Shown here piece after piece: positions 17,619-26,697 of a stretch of 27,768 bases of DNA. This stretch comes from Candidatus Xenobia bacterium (GTDB lineage: Bacteria; Vulcanimicrobiota; Xenobia; Xenobiales; QWHO01), in NCBI GenBank assembly GCA_045863235.1, contig BTUM01000100.1, positions 1 to 27,768 on the forward strand. The letters are read 5' to 3'. Position numbers and translations under genes: made by a program. The notes under the pieces are model-generated. The model ran no database searches and had not been told where the DNA came from. It saw nothing but the letters and a program-made list of their open reading frames with translations. Position 1 is the first letter of the stretch. Every line of letters begins with the position of its first letter.

Positions 17619-17788
17619 CCGGGTCTGGTTCTACCGTCAGGGTGGTCTAATCCTCGCCCATCACCATCAGGTGGAGTCGCAGGCTGCCCTGAAGGCGGTC
17701 CTGAAGGTCGTTCTGCTCGTTCAACATGTTTTGTCTCACCTCCGCATCTGAATTGTGCCTCAGAGGGACCCTCCCAGGTCAGGGTCAC

Positions 17789-18535
17789 ATGACCCCAACC
17801 GGCAGGGACAGACGACCGGGACTACAGAATGCACAGGCGATGCCTCGCCCCAGGTTGCGCAAGCTCGATTATCAGGAATTCCCGCCCCCGCGCTTCCACA
17901 CGCCCCTGCCCGGGCCCGAGGACTGGAAGCTGTGGCGGGCCGTTGGAGCCCTCTACGAGCTGCGTGGTTTCGAGTTGCCCGCCTCGCGCTGGCTGCCGGC
18001 TCAACTTTCTCGTCAAGCCGAAGCACTGGCCGGCGAGCCCTACCTGGCGATGGAGCTCGAGGTGGCCGGGCCGGCTCCGGTCGATCTGAAGACCCTGCTG
18101 GCCCCGTTGGCGCGAGGCCTGCCCCTGAGACTGGCTACGGTGCGCCGAACCGACAATCCCGAGAACGTGCTCCGCATCAGTCAGGCCGAACGGGCGGCCC
18201 CTCCTCAACACGGCCAGCATCGGAGCTGCCTGCGGACCTGGGGCCCGGCCGCTTCGCGCTGGCGCGAGGACCTGCGCCAGAAGCTGGTGGAGAGCCAGGT
18301 CGAGCCTCTGCTGGAAGGCCAGGTGGGCCTCCAACTCAGCTGGCGCTGCTCCTCCCTACAGAATTGGGTCGAGCTGTGGCGGCCCACCGGCGACAGCCTG
18401 GGACCGGTGCTGGGCGAGCGGCGCCCCATGCGCCCCCGCCTGGAGCGGGTCAGCCAGATGTCCTTGCATCTCTCCCTGGACGATCGCCTGGGCATGGCCG
18501 TGGATGTCGGCTACTGGTGGAGTCTGGTTGGCTGA
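17789..18535 (+). CDS. Hypothetical protein, C-terminal half RusA-fold-like
   Basis: ORF 17726-18535; start uncertain (ATG 17789 or 17840); PLLEGQVGLQLSW...NWVELWRPTGDSLGPVLG recalls the RusA core; 3' end overlaps next gene. Confidence 0.6.
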   Translation: MTPTGRDRRPGLQNAQAMPRPRLRKLDYQEFPPPRFHTPLPGPEDWKLWRAVGALYELRGFELPASRWLPAQLSRQAEALAGEPYLAMELEVAGPAPVDLKTLLAPLARGLPLRLATVRRTDNPENVLRISQAERAAPPQHGQHRSCLRTWGPAASRWREDLRQKLVESQVEPLLEGQVGLQLSWRCSSLQNWVELWRPTGDSLGPVLGERRPMRPRLERVSQMSLHLSLDDRLGMAVDVGYWWSLVG

Positions 18536-19286
18536 GCTCCCGCTGCTCGAATTTGACGAGGACCGGCAGGCCGTCATCGAGCCCTCGCGAGCCGTCAAGC
18601 CGGTGGAAGGCCTGCCCGAAGGCTGTGTGCTGTGCTTCTTCCAGGATGTGTTCGAGAAGCTGACCGCCGAGCTGGGTGAGCCGATCGCCTCTCTAAGAAC
18701 CGAGTTCGCTCGCCATCCGGTCTACCTGCTCGACCACCGCGGCCAGAGGTTCGGCCTGTTGCATCCGGGGGTGGGCGCCCCGCTGGCCGCCTGCATGCTG
18801 GAGGAAGCCATCGCCCTGGGTTTCAGCAAGTTCGTGGCCTGTGGCTCGGCCGGCGTGCTGGACAAAGAGATTGCACCCGGCCACTTCATGCTCCCCTTCG
18901 CAGCAGTGCGTGACGAGGGCACGTCCTTTCACTACCTGCCTCCCGCCCGCGAGGTGCGGGCCGACCCCTCTGTAGTGCGAGTGCTGGAGGAAACCCTGCG
19001 CGAGTCCCAGCGCCCTTACCTTTTGTGTCGCACCTGGACCACCGACGCCGTCTATCGCGAGACCCGGTCCCGGGTCGACCGGCGACGGGCCGAAGGTTGC
19101 CTGGCGGTGGAGATGGAAACGGCCGCTCTGCTGGCTGTGGCCCAGTTCCGCGGGGTGAAGTTGGGCCAATACCTGTACGGCGGCGACGACGTCAGCGGGG
19201 CGGACTGGGATCCGCGCGACTGGCACCGATTGGCCGTGCGCGAGACGCTCTTCTGGCTGTCGGCTGACGCTCTCCTCAATCTTTGA
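18528..19286 (+). CDS. Nucleoside phosphorylase (PNP/UDP family 1)
   Basis: PGVGAP, CGSAG, VRDEGTSFHY, WTTDAVYRET, VEME motifs; GGAG SD before TTG 18528. Confidence 0.92.
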   Translation: MAELPLLEFDEDRQAVIEPSRAVKPVEGLPEGCVLCFFQDVFEKLTAELGEPIASLRTEFARHPVYLLDHRGQRFGLLHPGVGAPLAACMLEEAIALGFSKFVACGSAGVLDKEIAPGHFMLPFAAVRDEGTSFHYLPPAREVRADPSVVRVLEETLRESQRPYLLCRTWTTDAVYRETRSRVDRRRAEGCLAVEMETAALLAVAQFRGVKLGQYLYGGDDVSGADWDPRDWHRLAVRETLFWLSADALLNL

Positions 19287-21762
19287 GCAATCGACCGCGC
19301 AGGCCCCACAGCTCGCCCAGCTCGCCCCGGTCGAGAAAGAAACCGCCGCACAGCCCGCAGACGTCCACCTCGACGTGATCGAAGCGGGTGACCTTCAGAA
19401 GCTCCTTGCAGCGGCAGCAGGGGCGCTGACCCGGCTTGCGGAGCGCCTTCTCGGGTGCCTGGGCGGGGGGCTCGAGCACTTCGCCCGGCGCGTCCATCCT
19501 TTTGAGCACCACCTTGAGCTCTCCGCCGTCGAACCACAATCCCCCACAGGCTCCGCAACGGTCGAGCTCGACTTCGCGCACCTGCAGGGAGTCCATGGGC
19601 AGGCTGCAGGCGGGGCAGAAGAGCAATGAAACGCTGGCCTGACGGCCGTGAGCGACGGCGGTGGACAGCTCGTCCAGTCGCGCCAGGCAGCGGTCGAGGT
19701 TCTTCTGGGCCAGCTCGTCGTCGGGCCGGAGCGCCAGCCCATGCCGAAAGCGCTTGAGGGCCTCCTCGTATTCGCCCAGCCCGTACAGGGTCACGCCGAA
19801 GTCGTTCTGGACCCGATAATCGTTCGGGTCGAGCCGTTCCGACTCGAGGTAGTGGTGTTTGGCCTGGCTCGTCTCCCCGGTGCGCTCCAGCACCAGGGCC
19901 AGCTCATAGTGCAACTCGGCCAGTTCGGGGCAACGAGCCACTCCCTCTCGCCCCGCCGCGACCGCCTCCGCCAACTCGCCCGAGCGGTGCAGACCCTGCA
20001 CCAGGCTCAGTCGCGCTTCAGGGGATTCGGGACGGAGGGCCACGGCGGCACGAAAGTGGGCCACGCAATCGCTCTCGCGCAGCTCGTAACGGGCCTTCCC
20101 GGCTCGCATCCGGATACCGAACTCGTCCTGCGCTTTCAGCTCGAGGGCACGCTCCAGAGCCCGGGCCGCGCCCTCCAACCAGCCTTCGCGTGGCTGGGCT
20201 CCGCTCTGGAGCAGTCGGTCCATCACCATCGCGTAGGCGAGATAGCTCTCGGGATCCTCGGGCCGGCGCTGAATATCCTCAGCCCGAGCTCGAGCTTGCT
20301 CGAGCAGCTCTTGAGGCGCTTTCATCACCACCATCTGCTGCAGGTAGCGGGGCAGGTCGGTCAGCTCGGTCGCCCGCGCCAGCTCATCGTCAGGCTCGGG
20401 GCCAACTTCGGCCACTTCTTCGCGGATTCGGGCCTTGCGGAACACTCCCTTGATGCGATCAAAAAAACCTTCTCCGGCCCGGTGGGTGAGATTGCCGTTC
20501 AGGGTCGGGGCGGCTTCGTCCATGATGACCACCCGGTCGCTCTTCTGGTTCTTCCAGCACTGGTTGCCACGAGCCTCGCCGCTGGCATTCTGGAGGAACA
20601 GGATGCCATAGTGACCGTTGGCTGTGCACTGATTGTTGAGCAGGCGGGGGGAGCAGGAATCCCCCACCTGAATGCCGCTCCCTTCGTTTTCACTGAGCTT
20701 GTTGGCGCTGGCGCTGCCACCGGCCTGGTCGAAGTAGGTGAGCCCGGCCCCATTGCCGTTGCACTCGTTGCCGATCAGGTCGGGGCAGGCCAGATCGTTG
20801 ATCGACATTCCCATCCCGTTCCTGACGCACTGGTTTCCCCGGGCCACGCCTGTCGAGCCCTCGTGAAAGGATATTCCCACGCTCTCGTTGCCGAAAAGAA
20901 AGTTGCGCTCCACGCGAGGACGGGCCTGCTCCCACACCTGAATCCCACCCTGGCCATTGGCCCGGCAGGCGTTGTTCTTGATCAGGGGGGCGCACTGGTC
21001 AAAGCAGGTGATCCCGCTGACACTGTTCTCGGAGCACTCGTTGCGATCGACCTGAGCTCGGGTCTGGTCGCGCAACTCGATTCCGCTCACGTTGCCCGAG
21101 CACTCATTCTTGCGCAGCACCACATCGCCTTCGCTGGCGCAGCTGATGCCCATGCCGCTTTGATGGTGGTGGCAGAAATTCTTGACGAGCTCGAAGTGGC
21201 AGTGCCCCGCCAGGCCGACTCCCGAACCGTTCTCGGCGCACTCGCAGGACTCGATACGTCCTCGAGATCGGCCTGCCAGATGGATCCCAAAGTTCTGGTT
21301 GCCCTTCACCTGGCATCTGACCGCCTGGCAAACGGCCTCGTCGTAGACTCCCAGCCCGTGGCCCTGATTGTGGTCGAAGTGGCACTCGCTCAACTCGGCC
21401 TCGGTCCGGCCGCGCAGGATCAGTCCTGCCTGGCGCTCCGCCTCGTGGCTGGCCGCCCCCCGGAAGCGGCAGGCCTTCAGCTCCAGACGCCCCCCCTCGA
21501 CCACCACCACGGCGCCGAACTCGGTTCCGGTGCGCTCCACTGTGAGCCCCTCCAACCGTCCTCCCTGCGCCAGCACGAGCAGGGGACCGTGAGCGGCGCC
21601 CACCAGCCGGGTCTGGAAGATGCCCGCTCCTTTCAAACGCAGGGGCGTGTTCAGGGTTAGACTGGTGGATAGCCGGTAGTCGCCCGGCTCGAGCTCGATC
21701 TCCACGGCCGGGTCGGCGGTCGCCAGTCGGGCCGCCAGATCGCCGGTTGGCGAGATCCGCAA
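19276..21762 (-). CDS. Right-handed beta-helix repeat + TPR + tandem zf-TFIIB-type zinc ribbon protein
   Basis: N-terminal about 430 aa of NxCxxNxxxGI repeats; TPR-like helices; CPAC..LDRCGACGGLWFDGGEL and CCRC..VDVCGLCGGFFLDRGEL. Confidence 0.88.
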   Translation of the reverse strand: MRISPTGDLAARLATADPAVEIELEPGDYRLSTSLTLNTPLRLKGAGIFQTRLVGAAHGPLLVLAQGGRLEGLTVERTGTEFGAVVVVEGGRLELKACRFRGAASHEAERQAGLILRGRTEAELSECHFDHNQGHGLGVYDEAVCQAVRCQVKGNQNFGIHLAGRSRGRIESCECAENGSGVGLAGHCHFELVKNFCHHHQSGMGISCASEGDVVLRKNECSGNVSGIELRDQTRAQVDRNECSENSVSGITCFDQCAPLIKNNACRANGQGGIQVWEQARPRVERNFLFGNESVGISFHEGSTGVARGNQCVRNGMGMSINDLACPDLIGNECNGNGAGLTYFDQAGGSASANKLSENEGSGIQVGDSCSPRLLNNQCTANGHYGILFLQNASGEARGNQCWKNQKSDRVVIMDEAAPTLNGNLTHRAGEGFFDRIKGVFRKARIREEVAEVGPEPDDELARATELTDLPRYLQQMVVMKAPQELLEQARARAEDIQRRPEDPESYLAYAMVMDRLLQSGAQPREGWLEGAARALERALELKAQDEFGIRMRAGKARYELRESDCVAHFRAAVALRPESPEARLSLVQGLHRSGELAEAVAAGREGVARCPELAELHYELALVLERTGETSQAKHHYLESERLDPNDYRVQNDFGVTLYGLGEYEEALKRFRHGLALRPDDELAQKNLDRCLARLDELSTAVAHGRQASVSLLFCPACSLPMDSLQVREVELDRCGACGGLWFDGGELKVVLKRMDAPGEVLEPPAQAPEKALRKPGQRPCCRCKELLKVTRFDHVEVDVCGLCGGFFLDRGELGELWGLRGRLLKD

Positions 21763-21763
21763 C

Positions 21764-22786
21764 TCAGCTACGCCCTTTCTTGCCCTCGCGTTTGAAGATG
21801 AACGCAGGCGAGCCCTGCTCGCTTCCGGGCAGATAGACCACCAGGGGGGCCCCGGCTGCGGTGCACCATTGCACGATCTCTTCGGAGGTGAAGTTGCGCA
21901 GGGAGTCGGGCGCCAGGAACATCTGGTAGAAGAATCGCTCTCCCAGCCGCAGTCTCGGCTCGAGCGCCCGCCTTTCCCCTTCGCTCGAGGGCAGTTGGGC
22001 TTCAGAGCTGACGATGAGGTAGCCGCCCTTCTTCAAAGCGCCGACGGCCCGCTTCAGAGCGTCGGCCGGGTCTTCGGTCAGGGAGAGCGAGCGGTGGAAG
22101 ACCGCGAAGTCAAAGCGATCTTCGTAACGGCACTCCTCGGCGGTGCCCACCACGATGACCGATCGGGTGGCTCGTTCAGCCTCGCGGGCGCACTCATAGT
22201 CGGGCTCGATGCCGGTGGGCTCGACCTCAGGGTAGACCTTGCGCAGTTGCTCGAGACCATAGCCGCAGCCACAGCCGAACTCCACCAGGCGCCCCCCCTT
22301 CCTGAAACGCTCGTGGAGAGCTTCCACCTGAGGGATCTGATGCTCCCACAGGTAGGCGTACGAGCTGCGTAGCCCGTCGGCGAGCAGCATGCGCAGGCTC
22401 AGGCTGGGCTCGGGGAACGCTTTGCCTCGGAAGACCGCTTCCAGACTCTCGTAGACTCTCTGGGTGACCTGGATGTAGGTGTTGACCCAGGCCCCCAGGC
22501 CGGGAGCCAGGGCCTCGGCATCGGGCTCGAGTGTGTACCCTTCCTCGGCCGAGCCACTGAGGAATTCATAGGCGTGGGCGGCGCGGCACCAGACCTCGAT
22601 GTAACCGAGCTCATATCCCAGGTGACTGGCCAGGTTGGCGGCGGTTCTTGGTTCCTGAGCCAGGGCTTCAAACAGGCCGAGCTCGCGGCCTACGTGCAGC
22701 AGCCAGGTGCCCCAGAAACCCTCGAGATAGAGGCGTACCCGCGAAGTCTTGCCTGGAAAGTCGACCGGAGTCGGTTCCGAGGTCAC
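21764..22786 (-). CDS. Class I SAM-dependent methyltransferase with N-terminal winged helix
   Basis: GRELGLFEAL...LASHLG wHTH; VEFGCGCG motif I; ALKKGG; start placed at GTG 22786 after GGAGGG (ORF open to 22822). Confidence 0.88.
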   Translation of the reverse strand: MTSEPTPVDFPGKTSRVRLYLEGFWGTWLLHVGRELGLFEALAQEPRTAANLASHLGYELGYIEVWCRAAHAYEFLSGSAEEGYTLEPDAEALAPGLGAWVNTYIQVTQRVYESLEAVFRGKAFPEPSLSLRMLLADGLRSSYAYLWEHQIPQVEALHERFRKGGRLVEFGCGCGYGLEQLRKVYPEVEPTGIEPDYECAREAERATRSVIVVGTAEECRYEDRFDFAVFHRSLSLTEDPADALKRAVGALKKGGYLIVSSEAQLPSSEGERRALEPRLRLGERFFYQMFLAPDSLRNFTSEEIVQWCTAAGAPLVVYLPGSEQGSPAFIFKREGKKGRS

Positions 22787-22919
22787 CGGCACTCCCTCCC
22801 GAAAAGAATCTCCGCTATCCACGAGCGGGGTTGAAATTCTTCCCGCCCGACGGGCGGTTCCCTGCCTGAGGGAAAATCATTCCCACGTTATCCTTTTTGA
22901 ATTCAGTGGGTGAAAGGAA

Positions 22920-24833
22920 TTAAACCCAGACCATCTCGTCAAGCAGGTCGAGCAGGACTGCTTCGCGTTCGGGAATGCTGAGGCCGGCGAGCTCCATAGA
23001 GGTGTGGACCCACTCCCGAACCTGCTCCTTGAGCCGAACGGGATCCTGGCCGGGAGCCAGGACCTCCTGAACCTTCCAGAGCTCGAGCTCGGCCCGGGCC
23101 TGCATGACCCGGGCCAGGAACGTGCGGCCGGAGTCCTGGCTCCAGTCAGCCAGGGCGGCCAGTTCTAAAGCTTGAGGCAGTTCCACGAACCAGCGCTGCT
23201 CAACCGGTTCCTCGCTCATGACCGCCTGTCGCAGGGCCTCTCCCCAGGGACTGAACGGTCGACTGGTGGTTCCAGGATGCAGACCCTCGAGCCAGAGTCG
23301 AGCTCCGCGGTCCAGCCATTCCATTGCCTCCGGGCCATTCTTGGAGGCGCCCGTGATATGGCGCTGGATCTGCTGCGCGAGCTCGGCCATCTTGCTGTCC
23401 AGAAAGTCCTCCAACTCCTGGATCAGAGAGTCGAGTCGTCCCAGGTAGATGCTCTGGTCCTCAACGAGGGGAATTCCAGTCAGACCGGCGACCCCTGGCA
23501 AAGATTGGCTCAACAGCTCGCGAGGAGGGGACTCGCGACATCCCTCGAGCAGCAGTAGCAGTTGCTGGGCTCCTTGAGAATGAGCCTCTCGAAGCACGCG
23601 CGTCAACCTGGGCAAGTGCTCGAGCCAGGTCAGGAGTTGGCGGTGGGTCCGCTGCCACAGATCGCCTTCTGCCAGCATGGTCATGCTGGAGGTGCCGAAG
23701 AGCCCTCGCACAGCTTTGACGAAAGCCTCCTCGGCCCGGGTGGCCACCCGATAGCGCAGCTCGTAGCGCGATGGGCAGGCCAGCGCCAGGCGAAACGTCT
23801 CCACGTCTGCCTTCAATGTCTGGTCGTCCTGGCGCAGCTCAAGGTCTTCGGAGCGCACCCTCAAAGCAGCTCCCAAATAGAGGTGAGCCAGGGGGCCACG
23901 CAGTCCGCGGGGCGGCTCAGCGAGCCAGGCGAGCACGTCAGCCAGGCTCTCGGAACGTTCTGACTCGCGGTCCCCGTAAAGTTGGTCGAGCAGATCGCGC
24001 CATAACCGGAGCTCGGGACTCTCGCCCTGGGGCCATTCCTCCACGCCCAGGTGGCGATAGCTGCCGTGCTCGCCCAGCGATTTGAGGATACCGGGGCTGA
24101 GTAAGCTCCGCTGCAAGACCTCGGAGGATCCGCAAGTCAGGCTACAAGACAAGAGCAGCGGCCGCTCGCGGTCGAGCAGCTCTTCCAGAGCCCCGGCCAT
24201 GGCCCGACGACCGGCCGCCGGGCGGTGGGTGGGAGTGTCCGGATAGATCGCTTCCAGAGCCTGGATGAAGAATGCCTTGCGCTGCTCGGCCGGCGTCCAT
24301 TCCAGGGGAATTCCGCGGTGGCGCCAGCGGAATGCCCGGGGCCGAAGCGCGGTCTGGATCAGCTCGCGTACTCGCCTTCGCAGATAGTTGCGATGGGTGT
24401 CCAGCTCCCGGGCGGCTTCCTCCGAGTCGCGGTAGGGTGCCTGGCGTTCGAGTCGTTCCAGGGCGGCCAGCTCACGCAGCTCCTCGGCTACTGCCAGGGG
24501 AGCCCGGGGCAGGCCCACCAGCACGGCCGGGTGGGGCTCGAGCGATTCCAGGTTCCGGTAGACCCGCTCCAGGTCGGGTAAGGAATAGCCCAGTCCAAAC
24601 AGCACCAGCAGATCCCAGCCCGGGGACGGGCGGCTGGGAATGGGGTCTTCCGGGCCGATCAGCAGGGATTGTACCCGGCGGGCGATCGCGTAGCGGCGAG
24701 CGTAAGCTCGGGGGCGCATGGACCGGGGTCGGAAGTGCCGCTGCAACAGCTCGTGAGGGGTGGTCTCCTCCAGCCCGTCGAGCGCTTGCTGGATGTCCCG
24801 ATTCAGGTCGTAATCGATTTCTCGCAGAGCCAA
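22920..24833 (-). CDS. Hypothetical protein, possibly related to the C-terminal half of BrxC/SspC-like ATPases
   Basis: 637-aa ORF starting 8 nt after the HD-GYP stop; no Walker A motif; family resemblance recalled from motifs only. Confidence 0.7.
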   Translation of the reverse strand: MALREIDYDLNRDIQQALDGLEETTPHELLQRHFRPRSMRPRAYARRYAIARRVQSLLIGPEDPIPSRPSPGWDLLVLFGLGYSLPDLERVYRNLESLEPHPAVLVGLPRAPLAVAEELRELAALERLERQAPYRDSEEAARELDTHRNYLRRRVRELIQTALRPRAFRWRHRGIPLEWTPAEQRKAFFIQALEAIYPDTPTHRPAAGRRAMAGALEELLDRERPLLLSCSLTCGSSEVLQRSLLSPGILKSLGEHGSYRHLGVEEWPQGESPELRLWRDLLDQLYGDRESERSESLADVLAWLAEPPRGLRGPLAHLYLGAALRVRSEDLELRQDDQTLKADVETFRLALACPSRYELRYRVATRAEEAFVKAVRGLFGTSSMTMLAEGDLWQRTHRQLLTWLEHLPRLTRVLREAHSQGAQQLLLLLEGCRESPPRELLSQSLPGVAGLTGIPLVEDQSIYLGRLDSLIQELEDFLDSKMAELAQQIQRHITGASKNGPEAMEWLDRGARLWLEGLHPGTTSRPFSPWGEALRQAVMSEEPVEQRWFVELPQALELAALADWSQDSGRTFLARVMQARAELELWKVQEVLAPGQDPVRLKEQVREWVHTSMELAGLSIPEREAVLLDLLDEMVWV

Positions 24834-24841
24834 GGTGACCT

Positions 24842-25996
24842 TCAGAGGGCGATGCGATTCGTGGTATCGGTGATCTGCAACTGCACCAGGCTCTCTTCGC
24901 CTCGAGCGAGCACTTGCAGGAAGGCGAAGACGATCGTCGGGTCGAGCTGGCTGCCGGCGGCCGAACGCAATTCGTTGATGGCCCGGTCACGGTCGAGTGC
25001 CTTGCGGTAGGGACGGTCGCTGGTCATCGCATCCCAGGTGTCGGCGACCGCGATGATGCGCGCGAACTGGTGGATCTGCTCACCCGCCAGGCCATCGGGG
25101 TAACCGGAGCCGTCGAAATTCTCCTGGTGCTGGCGGATGGCCAGCTTGACGCGGCCAGGAATGTCGATGGGCAAGACCATGGATTCGCCCAGGGCCGAAT
25201 GCCGCTGCATCTCGAGCCGCTCTTCGTCGGTGAGCTTGCCAGGCTTGCGCAGGATGGCGTCGGAGACGCCGATTTTTCCAACGTCGTGGAGAAACGAGCA
25301 GATCTCGAGGTCGGCCAGGTCCTCGGCGGACAGGCCGAGCTCGGTGGCGATTGCCATGGAGTAGAGGCAAACCCGCTCTACGTGACCGCGAGTGTACAGG
25401 TCCTTGGCCTCGATGGCATTGGCCAGGCAGAGGATGATCTTCTTCTTCATGGCGTAGAGACGGGCGTTCTCAATGGCGGGGGCGGCCTGGTTGGCGATAG
25501 CCGAAAGCAAGACCAGGTTGGTTTCTTTGAAAACCCCGTCTTGAATGCGGTTGTCCACGTAGATCAGTCCGGCCGTTCGTCCCTTGATGATGATCGGGGC
25601 CGCCATGATGGAGCGTAGATTGTGCAGGGAGACACTGGCAAAGGCCTTGAAGCGTTCGTCCTTCATGGCGTTATTGGCCAGGACCGCCTGGCCGGTTTCG
25701 AACACCTGGCGCACCAGGTTGCGGCTGAAGGAGAAGCCCTCGGCCTGGATCTCGTTGTGGCCAAGTCCGCGGGCGCGTACTAGATGGTAGTCGGTGCCGT
25801 CGTCGGAGAGCATCATCACGCAGCCCCGCTCGGCCCGCATCATTTCGATCACCTTGTCGATGACCATGTCCAGGACCTGTCCGAACTCGAGGGTTGAGTT
25901 GAAGAACCGGCCTACATCCAGCAGCAGTCGCAACTGCCCGGCTTCCAGCGCCTCGGTATCCCGCCGGGTGGCGGACACATCCGGACTCTGGCTCAT
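24842..25996 (-). CDS. GAF + HD-GYP cyclic-nucleotide phosphodiesterase
   Basis: GAF (RSIMAAP, GLIYVDN, AIENARLY); HVERV, HDVGK, HQENFDGSGYP, ADTWDAMTSDRPYR; GGAG SD before ATG 25996. Confidence 0.94.
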   Translation of the reverse strand: MSQSPDVSATRRDTEALEAGQLRLLLDVGRFFNSTLEFGQVLDMVIDKVIEMMRAERGCVMMLSDDGTDYHLVRARGLGHNEIQAEGFSFSRNLVRQVFETGQAVLANNAMKDERFKAFASVSLHNLRSIMAAPIIIKGRTAGLIYVDNRIQDGVFKETNLVLLSAIANQAAPAIENARLYAMKKKIILCLANAIEAKDLYTRGHVERVCLYSMAIATELGLSAEDLADLEICSFLHDVGKIGVSDAILRKPGKLTDEERLEMQRHSALGESMVLPIDIPGRVKLAIRQHQENFDGSGYPDGLAGEQIHQFARIIAVADTWDAMTSDRPYRKALDRDRAINELRSAAGSQLDPTIVFAFLQVLARGEESLVQLQITDTTNRIAL

Positions 25997-26075
25997 GAAA
26001 GAACTCCGCTCCGCATTTCGGACTGGCTTCGACGGCGCACAACGGTTCCCTACAGATTCCTTTGAGGCAGCCCCC

Positions 26076-26102
26076 TGTAACATGTTCCAGGAGCCCTGGT
26101 CC
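26076..26102 (+). promoter_or_regulatory. Putative ECF-type promoter upstream of the ECF sigma gene
   Basis: TGTAAC-N16-GGTCC matches the AAC...GTC pattern of ECF promoters. Confidence 0.35.
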
Positions 26103-26127
26103 AAGTTCGTACAAGTGGGAGATCTGT

Positions 26128-26697
26128 TTGCTCGAGGATGAACGCAGCCTGGTTGCCGCCGCCAAGCAAGGCGATCGGCACGCCTTTGAGATGCTGGCCG
26201 AGCGCTGCGCTCCCCGAGTTTATGCGCTCGTCTACCGAATGGTGCGGGGGCGGCGGGAGGAGGCGGAAGATCTGACTCAGGAGACCCTGCTCCGGGCCTA
26301 CGCCTCTCTGGCTTCCTTCCGCGAGGACTCGGCCTTCTCCACCTGGTTGCATCGCATCGCCGTCAACTTGACCTTGAACCGGCTGGACCGGAAGAATCTG
26401 GTCGCCGCCTCGCTCGAGGACGACCCGCGCGAGGTGGCCGACAAGGATGCTTCCGCTCAACCCCTGGCCGCTCTGCAGACGAGCGAGCTGCGGCAGGTGC
26501 TGGAAGCGGCCATATTGCGTTTGTCCGACTCGTTGCGGGTGGTCTTCGTGCTGCGCGAGTTGGAGGGCCTGAGCCACGACGAGATCGCCCGGATGTTGGA
26601 TTCCAACTCCCAGGCGATCAGGGTGCGTCACCACAGGGCCAAGAAAGTTTTGATGGAGCTGTTGGCTCCTTATGTACTGGAGGGACAGCCTCGATGA
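26128..26697 (+). CDS. ECF RNA polymerase sigma factor
   Basis: GDRHAFE, AEDLTQE, FSTWLHRIAVN (region 2); LRELEGLSHDEIA (region 4); GGGAG SD before TTG 26128. Confidence 0.93.
   Translation: MLEDERSLVAAAKQGDRHAFEMLAERCAPRVYALVYRMVRGRREEAEDLTQETLLRAYASLASFREDSAFSTWLHRIAVNLTLNRLDRKNLVAASLEDDPREVADKDASAQPLAALQTSELRQVLEAAILRLSDSLRVVFVLRELEGLSHDEIARMLDSNSQAIRVRHHRAKKVLMELLAPYVLEGQPR

Noticed and set aside
19648..21660. 670-aa plus-strand ORF (and similar long antisense ORFs at 8470-10167, 5140-6408, 2756-3655)
   Set aside because: Shadow ORFs opposite well-supported genes, expected in high-GC DNA; no recognisable motifs
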